From an uncultured Bacteroidales bacterium (GTDB lineage: Bacteria; Bacteroidota; Bacteroidia; Bacteroidales; B18-G4): a DNA stretch of 64,000 nt. Location of the stretch: NCBI GenBank assembly GCA_963753835.1, contig CAVWDP010000002.1, positions 99,495 through 163,494 of the forward strand, written 5' to 3'. Below the pieces are notes generated by a model that was not told the origin of the DNA, did no database searches, and worked only from the letters and a program-made list of their open reading frames with translations. A program made the translations under genes and the position numbers. This document shows positions 20,191 through 29,616 of the stretch, piece after piece (the first letter of the stretch is position 1; every line of letters starts with the position of its first letter).

Positions 20191-21808
20191 TTATTTCTGC
20201 ACTGGTTCTGTAAGCGGATCTTTTTCCTTTACTGGAGTTCCTTTATAAGAAATTCGTTCAGCACGTGGAACGCCTGTTTTGAATCCCAGATCACTAGATT
20301 TTCCATAAAGTTCAGGATGCAGGTAGAGTCCTTTTTCGTGAGCGGGTTTATCCTCTACAGGCTTGATACGATGCTCTTGAGCATATGGATCATTCCTGAC
20401 CCCGGTGACCTGCCAGCTGACTTTAATATTCGGTTTGTTGGTCTGTATAGTAAACTCGTTACCGGAGATCTCTTCTTTCACAATAGCCTGTGCGAATTCA
20501 CCCAAAACAGTAAGTTGATACCTGAAATCAATATTCACAGCATTGAAATACGAAGGCAAGGCAACAGTAGCCATACCGTCAACATCTGTTACAACATTAC
20601 CATTATAGATATTCATCATATCAGGGCTTTCAACAAAGCTGTGTATGAGGAATTTATTTGCCGGATCTTGCGGGTGGTCGATCTTAAAGCTACCTGCAGC
20701 CTTTCCGAGTGTACCACTTACATAGACATCACCTGAAAACCAACCGGCATAATTATTTGCAGCTGCCCCCATGTCATCACCGTATACCGCCATACTATAA
20801 GTAGAACCTGATTGCCCCATGCCAGCAAAATAGCCACCGTAGTTATTATTGGTACCGCCACCACCTTCACCAAATACTCCTTCATTAAACATTGAACCGG
20901 TAGAGTATGCATGACCAAGAACTCCATAGGAAATATCAGAGGTATTGTTTTCTGACCAGCCAAATAAGGCAGGTGCGAGATTTTGTGTTGGGCTGTACAT
21001 CACACCCAGATCTGTTCCATTAGCACCAGCTGAGTTTTGTTCAACCACATGGGTCTTAACCAGGGGATCAATTACCCCGATACCGACCTTGTTGCCTTTC
21101 CATGCCATGGTCTGGTTACCGTTTTCATAAAGGAACACAGCCTGGGAGGCGGGGATTCCAGTAAAGCCATGCAACATTGCGCTGCCTGTTTCAGTGCATG
21201 GCAGAGACCACGTATTGGTTCCCGACCATCAGCCGATCGTAAAGTATGCATGAGATAGAGCATTCAAGTTTGTATGCGTCTCCGCGGACATTAATAACGT
21301 CCAAAGTGCTGGCAGGGCTATCTGTACCGATGGCCTACAAATCCGGTGTTAAAATAGATATCTCGGACCATTTGATAGCCAGGGGCTGCTTCCGCCACCA
21401 CCTGAACTGCGCTGCATACATGGCAAAGGGCACTGTGGCCAGTTTGCTCATACCCATGTCGATGAAGGTATTTCCTCCATTAGGGTCAATCTCGGTTTTG
21501 ATATAAAAATCGCCGGTGGCCCAGGGGATGGTTAGAAAATTCCCTGACAATACTGCTCCATCACCGATCATGAAGTGGAACAAACCGTAAGAGTTTGTTA
21601 ATGGTGTGTGTTTTTCTGAATAGATCATTGTTCCCGGAAGTGGACCCTGGTAAACTGACATTCGGGCACTGATCATTGTGTTGGCGATGGGAGTTCCAGC
21701 GCCGTCGCGGGCCATGCCCTGGTAGTCGATCATCTGCGGTACCTGGCCGCTTGCAATCATAGCAAAGCTAACTGCTGCTATAAACATTAATAGTCTAATC
21801 TTTTTCAT
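20191..21808 (-). pseudogene. Bacteroidota cell-surface protein (VPQMIDYQG N-terminal repeat family, Gly-rich middle, conserved C-terminal domain), at least 3 frame breaks
   Basis: ORFs 21335..21808 (signal peptide plus N-domain) and 20191..21177 (C-terminal KIDHPQDPANKFLIHSFVESPDMMNIYNG...). The gap at 21178-21420 encodes GGGGSSPWLSNG, DIYFNTGFVG and GIGTDSPASTLDV in three different frames. Confidence 0.65.
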
Positions 21809-21825
21809 AGGTTTATTTTTTTTGG

Positions 21826-22332
21826 TTACATCCTGATTAATTTGATTGATTTAAATTGTTTGTCAGTGCCGGAGGCTGTAATAATCATCAGGTTATACAT
21901 TCCCGGCGGTAAATTACTCAGGTCGATGACCTCCTGATAGGAGTTTTCTCCTGACAACTTTTCACTGATCAATGCCTTTCCGCTGAAATCATACAGCGTA
22001 TAGCTGACCCCTGTAGGCAGTTCAAATGTTGCATTTAGCTGAACATAATCACTGCATGGGTTGGGATAAACAAGGAATTCACCTTCCTCATTTATTTCCG
22101 TAACGCTTACCGGCAGGTCGTCGAGTTGTTGAAATCCCGAACTGAGGATAATCGCTGGATGGTAGGTTGTTGCCAGAGGACCTGCCTGGCCGATAGTCCA
22201 GGAAGCCTCAATGACAGCCGTTTCGTAATAGCCGCCTCCTGCACTGAACACATGTCTGGGCAGCTCCTGGGAGAACCCTGTGAAGGCAAGAGAAACAGCA
22301 ATTACCACGAGTAATGGTTTTAAGTGTTTCAT
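21826..22332 (-). CDS. Small secreted protein with T9SS C-terminal sorting domain
   Basis: 168 aa with a signal peptide. C-terminal LVYPNPCSDYVQL...LPPGMYNLMI...KLIRM is the T9SS type A CTD pattern. Confidence 0.7.
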   Translation of the reverse strand: MKHLKPLLVVIAVSLAFTGFSQELPRHVFSAGGGYYETAVIEASWTIGQAGPLATTYHPAIILSSGFQQLDDLPVSVTEINEEGEFLVYPNPCSDYVQLNATFELPTGVSYTLYDFSGKALISEKLSGENSYQEVIDLSNLPPGMYNLMIITASGTDKQFKSIKLIRM

Positions 22333-22622
22333 ATAATGAATGGTTTTAAAGGATCAAGTTGTGATCTGGCAGGAACTCAAAATAGTAAGACCCGTCAACC
22401 TTATTATAATGAGATAGGGTAAATGTACAAAATAAGTATATGGGATGCAAATAATTATAATACCGGGTACTACGTATTTGGTATTAGGTATTACGACGGA
22501 TATCGATTAGAGTAATGATAAAAATTTGAAGGTTTATATATTGAGGGGAATATATTTTCGTAATACGTAGTTCCTGATACCTAATACGATAATAACTATC
22601 TTTATCCGGCAATCAAGCTGAT

Positions 22623-23208
22623 TTGACAGCAGAAGATAACCATAAGCCCAATCTGGATCCATCACGCTGGCTCAGCGAGCATGGAGATTACCTTTTTTCG
22701 TATGCTTTTTCAAGGATCAGCAAACGGGAACAGGCCGAGGACATCGTACAGGAAACCCTTTTATCGGCTTACCAGGCCCGTGATAATTTCCGGGGAGGCA
22801 GTTCAGAAAGGACCTGGCTGGTCTCCATCCTGAAAAGAAAGGTGATCGATTATTATCGTAAGCAGTCGAGGAATCCGGAATCACTCACCAGAATCATTTG
22901 AGATGCCTTTTCATCAGGGAGGCATGCATGACGGTACCTGGCTCAGCGATCATGCCCCTTCCCCATGGGATGATGATGCTTTGAAAGATGATGATGGTGT
23001 CCTGATGGAGGTGATACAATACTGCATATCACTTTTAGGCGCAAAGATGGCCGCCACCTTCAGCATGAAAACACTGGAAGATATTTCAAGTGAAGAAATT
23101 TGTAAGGAATTAGGAATATCGGAGTCCAACTTATGGGTGCTCTTGCACAGGGCAAGGCTTCAGCTTCGCGAATGTGTTGAAAATAAATGGTTTAAAGAAT
23201 TGAAATGA
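22623..23208 (+). pseudogene. ECF-type sigma-70 factor, single frame break between regions 2 and 4
   Basis: ORF 22623..22901 (AEDIVQETLLSAY...SSERTWL, region 2) and ORF 22903..23208 (region 4 HTH ICKELGISESNLWVLLHRARLQLR) are in different frames. The second frame is open from 22846. Confidence 0.65.
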
Positions 23209-23489
23209 TAGAGAAGGCAAAAATATGGATGAACAATGCGATGCATCGCCTGATGCTCTCGTGCGATAGAGCGACTTTCTTAATAACCAAAAAGGAATAT
23301 CAAAAACTTACCTGCAAGGAAAATGCCCAGCTTAAACTGCACCTGATGGGATGCAAATTTTGTCGTGCATTCAAGGACCAGAATGCGATCTTATCTGATC
23401 AGCTCAGAACCCTTGTGGAAAATCCATCCAGGGCTGAACTTTCTGAAGAAAAGAAAAAAGAGATCGCGGAAACATTAAATGCTCAGTAG
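23205..23489 (+). CDS. Putative anti-sigma factor (small, Cys/His motif)
   Basis: 94 aa with an ATGA start/stop overlap with the sigma gene. HLMGCKFCRAF resembles a zf-HC2-type motif. Confidence 0.45.
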   Translation: MIEKAKIWMNNAMHRLMLSCDRATFLITKKEYQKLTCKENAQLKLHLMGCKFCRAFKDQNAILSDQLRTLVENPSRAELSEEKKKEIAETLNAQ

Positions 23490-23875
23490 TTGCACAAGGG
23501 TAAAATTCTAAACTCTAAGCCCTAAACTCTAAACAAACTTCAAATTACAAATTTCAATGCACCTCACCCCCAAACCCCCTCTCCTGAAGGCGAGGGGGCT
23601 TTATTATGTTGAGAATTGGATTTTGAAGTTTGGAGTTTGGGCTACCTGGCCTTAAGAATGAAATAATCATTTCCATTCTCCTGATGATTGCTGTCCTTAT
23701 CGCAATCTTTTCAGCTGCTTCCCGGCCCTTTATATCCACACCCTGCAGAAATGCGGGGTTTTTTTCATTGTGTTAAAGATATGTTAAAAACCAGTAAGCC
23801 AGCGTATTAAGAATTACTTTCACAGCGTCATGTCACGATTAAATTCTAAAAGGGATGAACTAAAACAAAAATAAG

Positions 23876-25265
23876 ATGGTACCAAATGCAGAAAATACCT
23901 CAGGATTAAATTCAGCCATTTCCGGAAATGTGATCCTTCCCGGTGATGGCAACTATGATGAAACACGGAAGATATGGAACGGGATGTTTGACAAAAAGCC
24001 GGGCATAATTGTACAATGCAAGAGCGCATCAGATGTGGTAAGGGCTGTAAATTTTGCAAGAGAGAATGGCCTTCTGATGGCCATTAAGGTGAGGGCACAA
24101 TTCGGCAGGAACCGCTTCATGTGATGATGGCATGATGCTCGACCTTTCATTGATGCAGCGTGTGGAGGTAAACACAAACAACAATACAGCAAAAGCTGAA
24201 GGTGGTTGCCTGCTGGGAGCCGTTGACAAAGCAACACAGGAACATGGGCTTGCTGTTTCATCAGGTATCATTTCACACACCGGAGTTGGCGGATTGACCC
24301 TTGGTGGCGGGATGGGATGGATCAGCCGCAAGCATGGGTTTTCAGTAGACAATCTTTTATCGGCAGAGGTAGTGACTGCCAATGGTGATATTGTTCATGC
24401 GAGCAAAGATGAAAACACTGATTTGTTTTGGGCTATTCGAGGAGGAGGAGGCAACTTTGGTGTTGTTACCAATTTTGAATTTCAATGTGCTGATATTGGA
24501 ACAGAGGTTTATTCCGGTCCGATCGTCAAGCGATTCGAAGATGCAAAGGAATATATCAGGTTTCACAGGGAATTTGTGAAAACAATGCCTGATGAGATGA
24601 CCGTATGGCTGGTAATCAGGCATGCTCCACCATTACCATTTATTCCTGAGCAATATCATGGGAAAATGGTTGTGCTTGTCCCCTTTGTATACCTGGGTGA
24701 TGACGAAAAAGGGAAAGGACTGATGCAGCCTGTTCGTGATTTTGGAGAAACATTGGGTGATGGTTCTGCCATGCATCCATGGGTGGGCTGGCAATCTGCT
24801 TTTGATGGCCTGGTTGATCATGGGGCAAGAAACTATTGGAAATCGCATCATTTAAAGAATTTATCGGATGATTGTACTGATGTAATAGTCGATTATGCAT
24901 CCAAAATGCCTTCCGGCGAGTGCGAAGTGTTTATCCCACATATGGAGGGAGTTCCTTCCAGGGTGAGTGCTGATGAAACAGCATTTTCGCACCGAAGCAC
25001 CCCTTTCGTCATGAATATTCATACCAGGTGGCGTGAAGCTGCAGACGATGAAAAATGCATGAAATGGGCAAAGGGTTTCTTTGACGAAACAAAGGCTTTC
25101 AGCCAGGGAGTGTATGTGAACTTCATAAGCGATGAAGGGGAGAACAGGACAAAAGAGGCATATACCCCGGAGGTATGGGAAAGACTTGTAAAAGTTAAAA
25201 ACACATGGGATCCCGGAAACCTGTTCAGGGTGAACCAGAATATTAAACCAAACGGATCATCATAA
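23876..25265 (+). pseudogene. FAD-linked oxidase (FAD_binding_4 plus BBE-like C-terminus), single frame break
   Basis: ORF 23876..24124 ends ...LLMAIKVRAQ. The next frame reads GHNSAGTASCDDGMMLDLS and continues as ORF 24132..25265 (GGGGNFGVVT, ...WDPGNLFRVNQNI). The break lies near 24088-24095 inside the expected GGGH motif. Confidence 0.7.
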
Positions 25266-25269
25266 GGGA

Positions 25270-26184
25270 TTATTCCTTAAAGATCTTCAGATTTACATTA
25301 CCTTCATAAACCTTAATGAGGATAACCTGTCCGGCTTTCCAGTTGTGGGTCATCCTATAATCTTCATCTATATACATTCTCTCGGTTCTGCGATCTTCAG
25401 GACCCTGAACATTGTCAGGTAATTCAATACCATCTTGATATATGTGGTAGATAAATTTTGCAGGGGTGTCGCCGGTGTTTTTCACGATGAATTTATGGTA
25501 TACCGTTTCAACGATCGGCACACTGATTTCCATTCCCCGGCTTGCTATCATATCGACAGGCACAGCCACCTCTTTGCTCATCCATTCTTTTGGTGGATCA
25601 GGTTCTGGAATCACGGGATTCAGGTTCTCATCTACTTCGATATAGTCGCCAGGAACCTCAAAGAATGAAGGGTCAACTTTCCACTTTTCTATATTTTCAA
25701 GCTGCACGAGACCAATCTCTTCCCCAAGGTTCTGTTCCAATTTTACCGGAAAGTTCAGCTCTTCAGAAAACCATTGAGTATATAATACCTTTCCATCATA
25801 GTATATAGCCTTCTTGATGCAGTCATAACCTGATATATTTTCTTCACCAAGGATCTTTTCTTCGCCATATATTTTAGTTGCGTTATAAGCCTGCACGGGA
25901 TCGTTCATAGCGCTCATCATGCCATCACTTTTAGTATAGTGTACTTTCTTTTCACCAACCAGCATGACGGCTGTAACATTGGTAGATGGATTTGTGATCA
26001 CAACCCCATCCATCCCGTCTTGATTGAATTCATAGCGGTACTGGACAAGGTCGGAATAAACTTTGTACTGATCTCCGGGGGCGGCACTGCTGGCCATGTT
26101 CATATCGGCCTGCCATTGGCCAAGGCTCACAGAGGGTATGATCAATAGCACGATGATGCAAAGGAAGAATTTTCTCTTTTTCAT
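25270..26184 (-). CDS. Hypothetical secreted protein
   Basis: 304-aa ORF with signal peptide MKKRKFFLCIIVLLIIPSVSLGQ. No family recognised with confidence. Confidence 0.5.
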   Translation of the reverse strand: MKKRKFFLCIIVLLIIPSVSLGQWQADMNMASSAAPGDQYKVYSDLVQYRYEFNQDGMDGVVITNPSTNVTAVMLVGEKKVHYTKSDGMMSAMNDPVQAYNATKIYGEEKILGEENISGYDCIKKAIYYDGKVLYTQWFSEELNFPVKLEQNLGEEIGLVQLENIEKWKVDPSFFEVPGDYIEVDENLNPVIPEPDPPKEWMSKEVAVPVDMIASRGMEISVPIVETVYHKFIVKNTGDTPAKFIYHIYQDGIELPDNVQGPEDRRTERMYIDEDYRMTHNWKAGQVILIKVYEGNVNLKIFKE

Positions 26185-26362
26185 GGGATTGGTTTTTGGG
26201 TTAACATCTGTAGTATGCCTTTCATAATCAGATCAGCACTATTAACTCAAAGATAATACAAATTTGACGTTCAAAGACAGACATCATTAATGATTCAAGA
26301 TGAATAATTGTTGTACTTTTGGCCACGTTAACAGAATGAGCTGATTTTATTACTTTATAAAA

Positions 26363-27061
26363 ATGAAGCAGGAAAATAGTGGCCCTGTTCGCAGCACCAA
26401 CACTTTTACTGATTTTAAGTACTATCTTTTTCACAAGCCACCTTTCAAGACATTGGTAGAACAGACTAATTCTGATGCCAGGGTTAGTCTGGGCAAAAGT
26501 ATCCTACAACGAACCGGTATAGATGTAGAAAGTTACAAGATGCTCAATCTTCACAGGGTAGGCATAGAAACTCCCGCCAGCTATGTATTTGATGAGTTGT
26601 TGGCATGGAGCGGTAACTCCATTTGTTGGCCTAACCATATTGCAAGGGTAGATTTGCAGGACAACAAACTGGAACAGATAAAAATATACCTTTTCGGGGT
26701 TACGAAACGATTTTTGGGTACAAACCTGTTTCACCTATTTGACTTGAGTGCCATACGCATACAAAAGGTTCCGGCAGACTCAGATTTTGATAATGCCAGG
26801 TATCTGCTTTATGAGTGCAAGGGAGGATACCCGATTGGTGTCTTTTCTATATACGTTAGGTCGTCTATTCCCGATAGGGGAGAAACAGAAATGTCGCAAC
26901 TTTTCATGATGGTGAGCTTTAACTTTTATGGTAAGAAAAGAAAAAGACGAACCCTCTTTAACCGGATATGGGAAAGAATCCATAACAGGGTAACATCCAA
27001 TGTTCTTTATCGTTTCAAGCGATTATGTGAATGGAAGTTCGAAAATTTTGTTAACGAATAG
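26363..27061 (+). CDS. Hypothetical protein
   Basis: 232-aa ORF with ordinary amino-acid composition. No motif recognised. Confidence 0.45.
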   Translation: MKQENSGPVRSTNTFTDFKYYLFHKPPFKTLVEQTNSDARVSLGKSILQRTGIDVESYKMLNLHRVGIETPASYVFDELLAWSGNSICWPNHIARVDLQDNKLEQIKIYLFGVTKRFLGTNLFHLFDLSAIRIQKVPADSDFDNARYLLYECKGGYPIGVFSIYVRSSIPDRGETEMSQLFMMVSFNFYGKKRKRRTLFNRIWERIHNRVTSNVLYRFKRLCEWKFENFVNE

Positions 27062-27138
27062 CGGATAACAAGCTCGCTTTATATTGTACTATTAAGCTCA
27101 GGATCATAGCTCGGAGCTGACAAGATATTTTAAAAAAC

Positions 27139-27170
27139 TATTGATTTTTTAAGGATAATATTTATCTTTG
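27139..27170 (+). promoter_or_regulatory. Bacteroidota sigma-A type promoter for tRNA-Asn (-33 TTG / -7 TATCTTTG)
   Basis: TTG at 27141-27143 and TATCTTTG at 27163-27170 (TAnnTTTG consensus), 19-nt spacer, 22 nt upstream of the tRNA. Confidence 0.45.
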
Positions 27171-27192
27171 CACTCGCTTTTAAAGCAAACCT

Positions 27193-27266
27193 TCCTCTTT
27201 AGCTCAGTTGGTTAGAGCATCTGACTGTTAATCAGAGGGTCCTTGGTTCGAGTCCAAGAAGAGGAG
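27193..27266 (+). tRNA. tRNA-Asn (anticodon GTT)
   Basis: Cloverleaf read by hand: acceptor TCCTCTT/AAGAGGA, D-arm GCTC..GAGC, anticodon stem TCTGA/TCAGA with loop CTGTTAA, T-arm CTTGG-TTCGAGT-CCAAG, discriminator G. No encoded CCA. Confidence 0.9.
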
Positions 27267-27690
27267 CGGTAAAAAAGGGGCGCACGTTGTGCAGCCCCTT
27301 TTTTGATATGTGAAATCTGAACTCTGATATTTGAAGTTTGAAGTTTCTGCTCCGCCAGTTGAGTGCACCTGTCATCCTGCATCGCCCGCTGTAGCTTTAG
27401 CGAAAGCGGGAGAGTTGCGGAGCGAGCGTAGCAAGTGACGAGGGACCCCCATCAATTAAGCTCCAAGCCGTCAAAAGCCAAATTTCAATAAAACTCCAAA
27501 CTGTCAAGTTCCAAATTCATCCAACACTCAACACTCAACATCCAACACCTTTATGTATCAAGGCTTTCGGGAGCTGCAACTCTTCATTTAAAAAAATCGG
27601 TGATTTTGGGGGGAGTTGCAGCTTTTTTATGTACCGATCCCTCCCCTGTTTTTAGACCCCCAAACAATCGTTCCATTATTTGGTCCCCAA
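27267..27690 (+). repeat. Modular intergenic repeat, copy 1 (T-A-B-C-F plus extra hairpins)
   Basis: Terminator hairpin, then a GATAT/GAAGTTT tract, then CTGCTCCGCCAGTTGAGTGCACCT and GTCATCCTGCATCGCCCGCT..AGCGGG..GAGGGACCCCCATCA. An AAACTCCAAACTGTCAAG tract follows, then the GAGCTGCAACTC..GAGTTGCAGC hairpin. Confidence 0.85.
27271..27306 (+). terminator. Terminator hairpin after tRNA-Asn (T module of the repeat family)
   Basis: AAAAAA-GGGGCGCAC-GTT-GTGCAGCCCC-TTTTTTTT. Confidence 0.65.
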
Positions 27691-27710
27691 CCCATAGTTG
27701 ACTTCCCCTC

Positions 27711-27769
27711 CCACTTTTCGTATTTTTATAAAAATCAATAAACCGCGCCATAGCAGCGGCCGTTATCGG
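27711..27769 (+). repeat. Upstream module J (gene-oriented), copy in front of 27789 CDS
   Basis: CTTTTCGTATTTTTATAAAAATCAATAAACCGCGCCATAGCAGCGGCCGTTATCGG matches the reverse complement of the left part of 45151-45285. It ends 20 nt before the ATG. Confidence 0.65.
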
Positions 27770-27788
27770 TTAGTGCTAAAAATCTACT

Positions 27789-28769
27789 ATGAGAATTTTC
27801 TTTTTATTTCTATTCATCAATCTATACCTGGCTGCTTCTAGTCAGGTTATAAAGGGAACCATTTTTGAGAAGAAAACAAACAATATCATTTGCTTTGCAA
27901 CAATCTATTTTAATGGAACCTTTGTTGGTACTTTATCAGATCAAAATGGAAATTTCGAGTTGTATATCTCGAAAGAAAATAGATCAATGCCATTAACAGT
28001 AAGTTGTATAGGTTACTATTCTGTTACTCTTACTGATTTTTCTATTACTGAACCGTTGATAATTTATTTGGAACCCCAGTTATATGAATTAAAAGATGTT
28101 ATTATTAGTGGTAAATCTCTGGAAAGGAAGAGAAGAAGAAATTTAAGATTGTTTAGAAAAGAATTTATTGGCACTACTGCCAATGCGCATGGATGTAATA
28201 TATTGAATGAAAATGATATTACCTTCAACTATGATTCTGATGATGATACGGTGAAGGCATATGCGTTGAAACCAATTTTGATTGAGAATACGGCATTAGG
28301 ATACAAAATCACTTATTTCCTAGATAGATTTGAATATTATAAAAAAACTCAAGCTACTTTTTTTAGTGGGAATTTTATATTCATTAAGGATCTTAATGAT
28401 GATGAAGCACAGACTCAATTTTATAAAAGCAGAAGAGAACACACCTATTTAGGATCAAGAATGCACTTTTTCAGAGTACTTTGGTCTGGGCAGTTAGATT
28501 CTTCAGGATTTATAGTTAGAAGTCCATCGTATGACACTCTCAATCTTGACACAATCGTATTTCAAGATGATAAACAAAATAAATTTCTTGGATTCACCTC
28601 TAACATATTAATAGAATATAACAACAGTAAAAGCACTATTGAATTTGTTCAGGAGTTTGTTTATTTTGATGAATCGGGATTATTCAGTCCCGGGATTAAA
28701 TGGAGTGGTGAGATGGCTCGACAGCGAATTGCAGACTGGCTTCCATATGAATATTCAATCGAGCAGTAA
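27789..28769 (+). CDS. CarboxypepD_reg-like domain secreted protein
   Basis: 326 aa with a signal peptide. N-terminal VIKGTIFEKKTNNIICFATIYFNGTFVGTLSDQNGNFEL is typical of the carboxypeptidase-regulatory-like fold. Visibly AT-rich. Confidence 0.6.
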   Translation: MRIFFLFLFINLYLAASSQVIKGTIFEKKTNNIICFATIYFNGTFVGTLSDQNGNFELYISKENRSMPLTVSCIGYYSVTLTDFSITEPLIIYLEPQLYELKDVIISGKSLERKRRRNLRLFRKEFIGTTANAHGCNILNENDITFNYDSDDDTVKAYALKPILIENTALGYKITYFLDRFEYYKKTQATFFSGNFIFIKDLNDDEAQTQFYKSRREHTYLGSRMHFFRVLWSGQLDSSGFIVRSPSYDTLNLDTIVFQDDKQNKFLGFTSNILIEYNNSKSTIEFVQEFVYFDESGLFSPGIKWSGEMARQRIADWLPYEYSIEQ

Positions 28770-28973
28770 CAACCCAAACAATAAATAAAAACCATACGCC
28801 TCTTATTCAGACAGTTGTGCGTTTTTTTTAGAAATACCATTTTTTTCAGACCTTATGTAATATGTATTGAAAGTATTTTTATAAAGTTGAAGAACCTAGA
28901 CATAATAGAAGACAAAAGCAGTTATTGTATTAGATATAGTATTCCTCTGTTCTCTTATTATCTTTTAAGACCT

Positions 28974-29003
28974 GACCTCACAGGTTCAAGAACCTGTGAG
29001 GTC
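28974..29003. terminator. Perfect 11-bp hairpin (possible terminator)
   Basis: GACCTCACAGG-TTCAAGAA-CCTGTGAGGTC. The T-run is weak. It is followed by further GC hairpin modules up to 29190 (GCCATAGCTTCAGCG / CGCTAAAGCTATGGC inverted pair). Confidence 0.4.
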
Positions 29004-29192
29004 TCTTTGGCTGCAACTTCCGCCCCACCTTCGTCCCGAGTGCTCGGAACTCCGGCGGGTAAAAAAGAAACCACCTCCGCCAACCGCGTGTCGCCATAGC
29101 TTCAGCGGTGGCACAGGCTACGGCGGTTGTAAAGGGAGCAACAAAAAAGGGCCACCCCACCGTCGCTAAAGCTATGGCGGGCAAAGGCGAGT

Positions 29193-29495
29193 CCCTTTTT
29201 TGATACTCGATACTTGATACTTGATATTTGAAGTTTTCTGATCAGCCAGTTAAGTACTACCGGTCATCCTGCATCGCCCGCCGAAACCTTGGTGGAGGCG
29301 GGAGAGCAGCATCGCGAAGCGATGCAAAGGAAGGGACCTGTTGGCGGCTAGCACCTCCCTATCAAAAAGCACCCCTTCTATTAAACTCCAAACTGTCAAA
29401 CACCAAATTTCAAAAAAACTCCAAACTGTCAAATTGCAAATTCCAAACTAATCCAACACTATATTCCCCATCCATTATCCATAAATCATCATTCG
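29193..29495 (+). repeat. Modular intergenic repeat, copy 2 (A-B-C-E-F)
   Basis: CCCTTTTTT, then the GATACTCGATACTTGATACTTGATATTTGAAGTTT tract, then TCTGATCAGCCAGTTAAGTACTACCG and GTCATCCTGCATCGCCCGCCGAAACCTTGGTGGAGGCGGG. GCATCGCGAAGCGATGC, GGGACC, CTGTTGGCGG and the AAACTCC.. tract follow. Confidence 0.9.
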
Positions 29496-29616
29496 TAGTT
29501 TTTCTACGTTAGGCGGTAAAATCCCGTTGGTTTTAAAATCGATTGTTATTTAATTTTATACTGTTATAAATTGTTCCGGGTAAGCTTTTTGCTTTCGCAA
29601 GGATATAAAATTAAAT

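Noticed and set aside
20191-21808. Prophage remnant, suggested by the tail-fibre-like Gly-rich protein
   Set aside because: It is a lone gene with a signal peptide. No capsid, terminase, portal, integrase or lysis gene lies nearby. The family is common as a chromosomal surface protein in Bacteroidota.
22470-22587. Inverted repeat upstream of the ECF sigma gene (CTACGTAT..GTATTAGGTAT versus ATACGTAG..ATACCTAATAC) as a hairpin or operator
   Set aside because: Each word is individually reverse-complemented, but the word order is not reversed, so no long hairpin can form. It is probably another instance of the word-level mosaic. No function could be supported.
23876-25265. Stop-codon reassignment (TGA read as an amino acid) as an explanation for the interrupted genes
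   Set aside because: At the FAD oxidase break, and at the others checked, the upstream and downstream parts are in different frames. Read-through of the stop would not restore the protein.
29270-29345. Self-cleaving ribozyme (hammerhead-like CUGAUCA...GAAAC) in the B-C modules
   Set aside because: The core would need CUGANGA with G at position 8; here it is CUGAUCA or CUGCUCC. The helices around GAAAC do not give the three-way junction. No twister, pistol or HDV signature was recognised.
28815-29512. ORFs 28815..29099, 28978..29184, 29228..29512, 29250..29432 as protein genes
   Set aside because: They are built entirely from intergenic repeat modules (for example VILHRPPKPWWRRE-type translations), overlap each other on both strands and are low-complexity. 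The same applies to 10829..11098, 10973..11359, 37363..37689, 37981..38289, 37873..38082 and 45254..45598.
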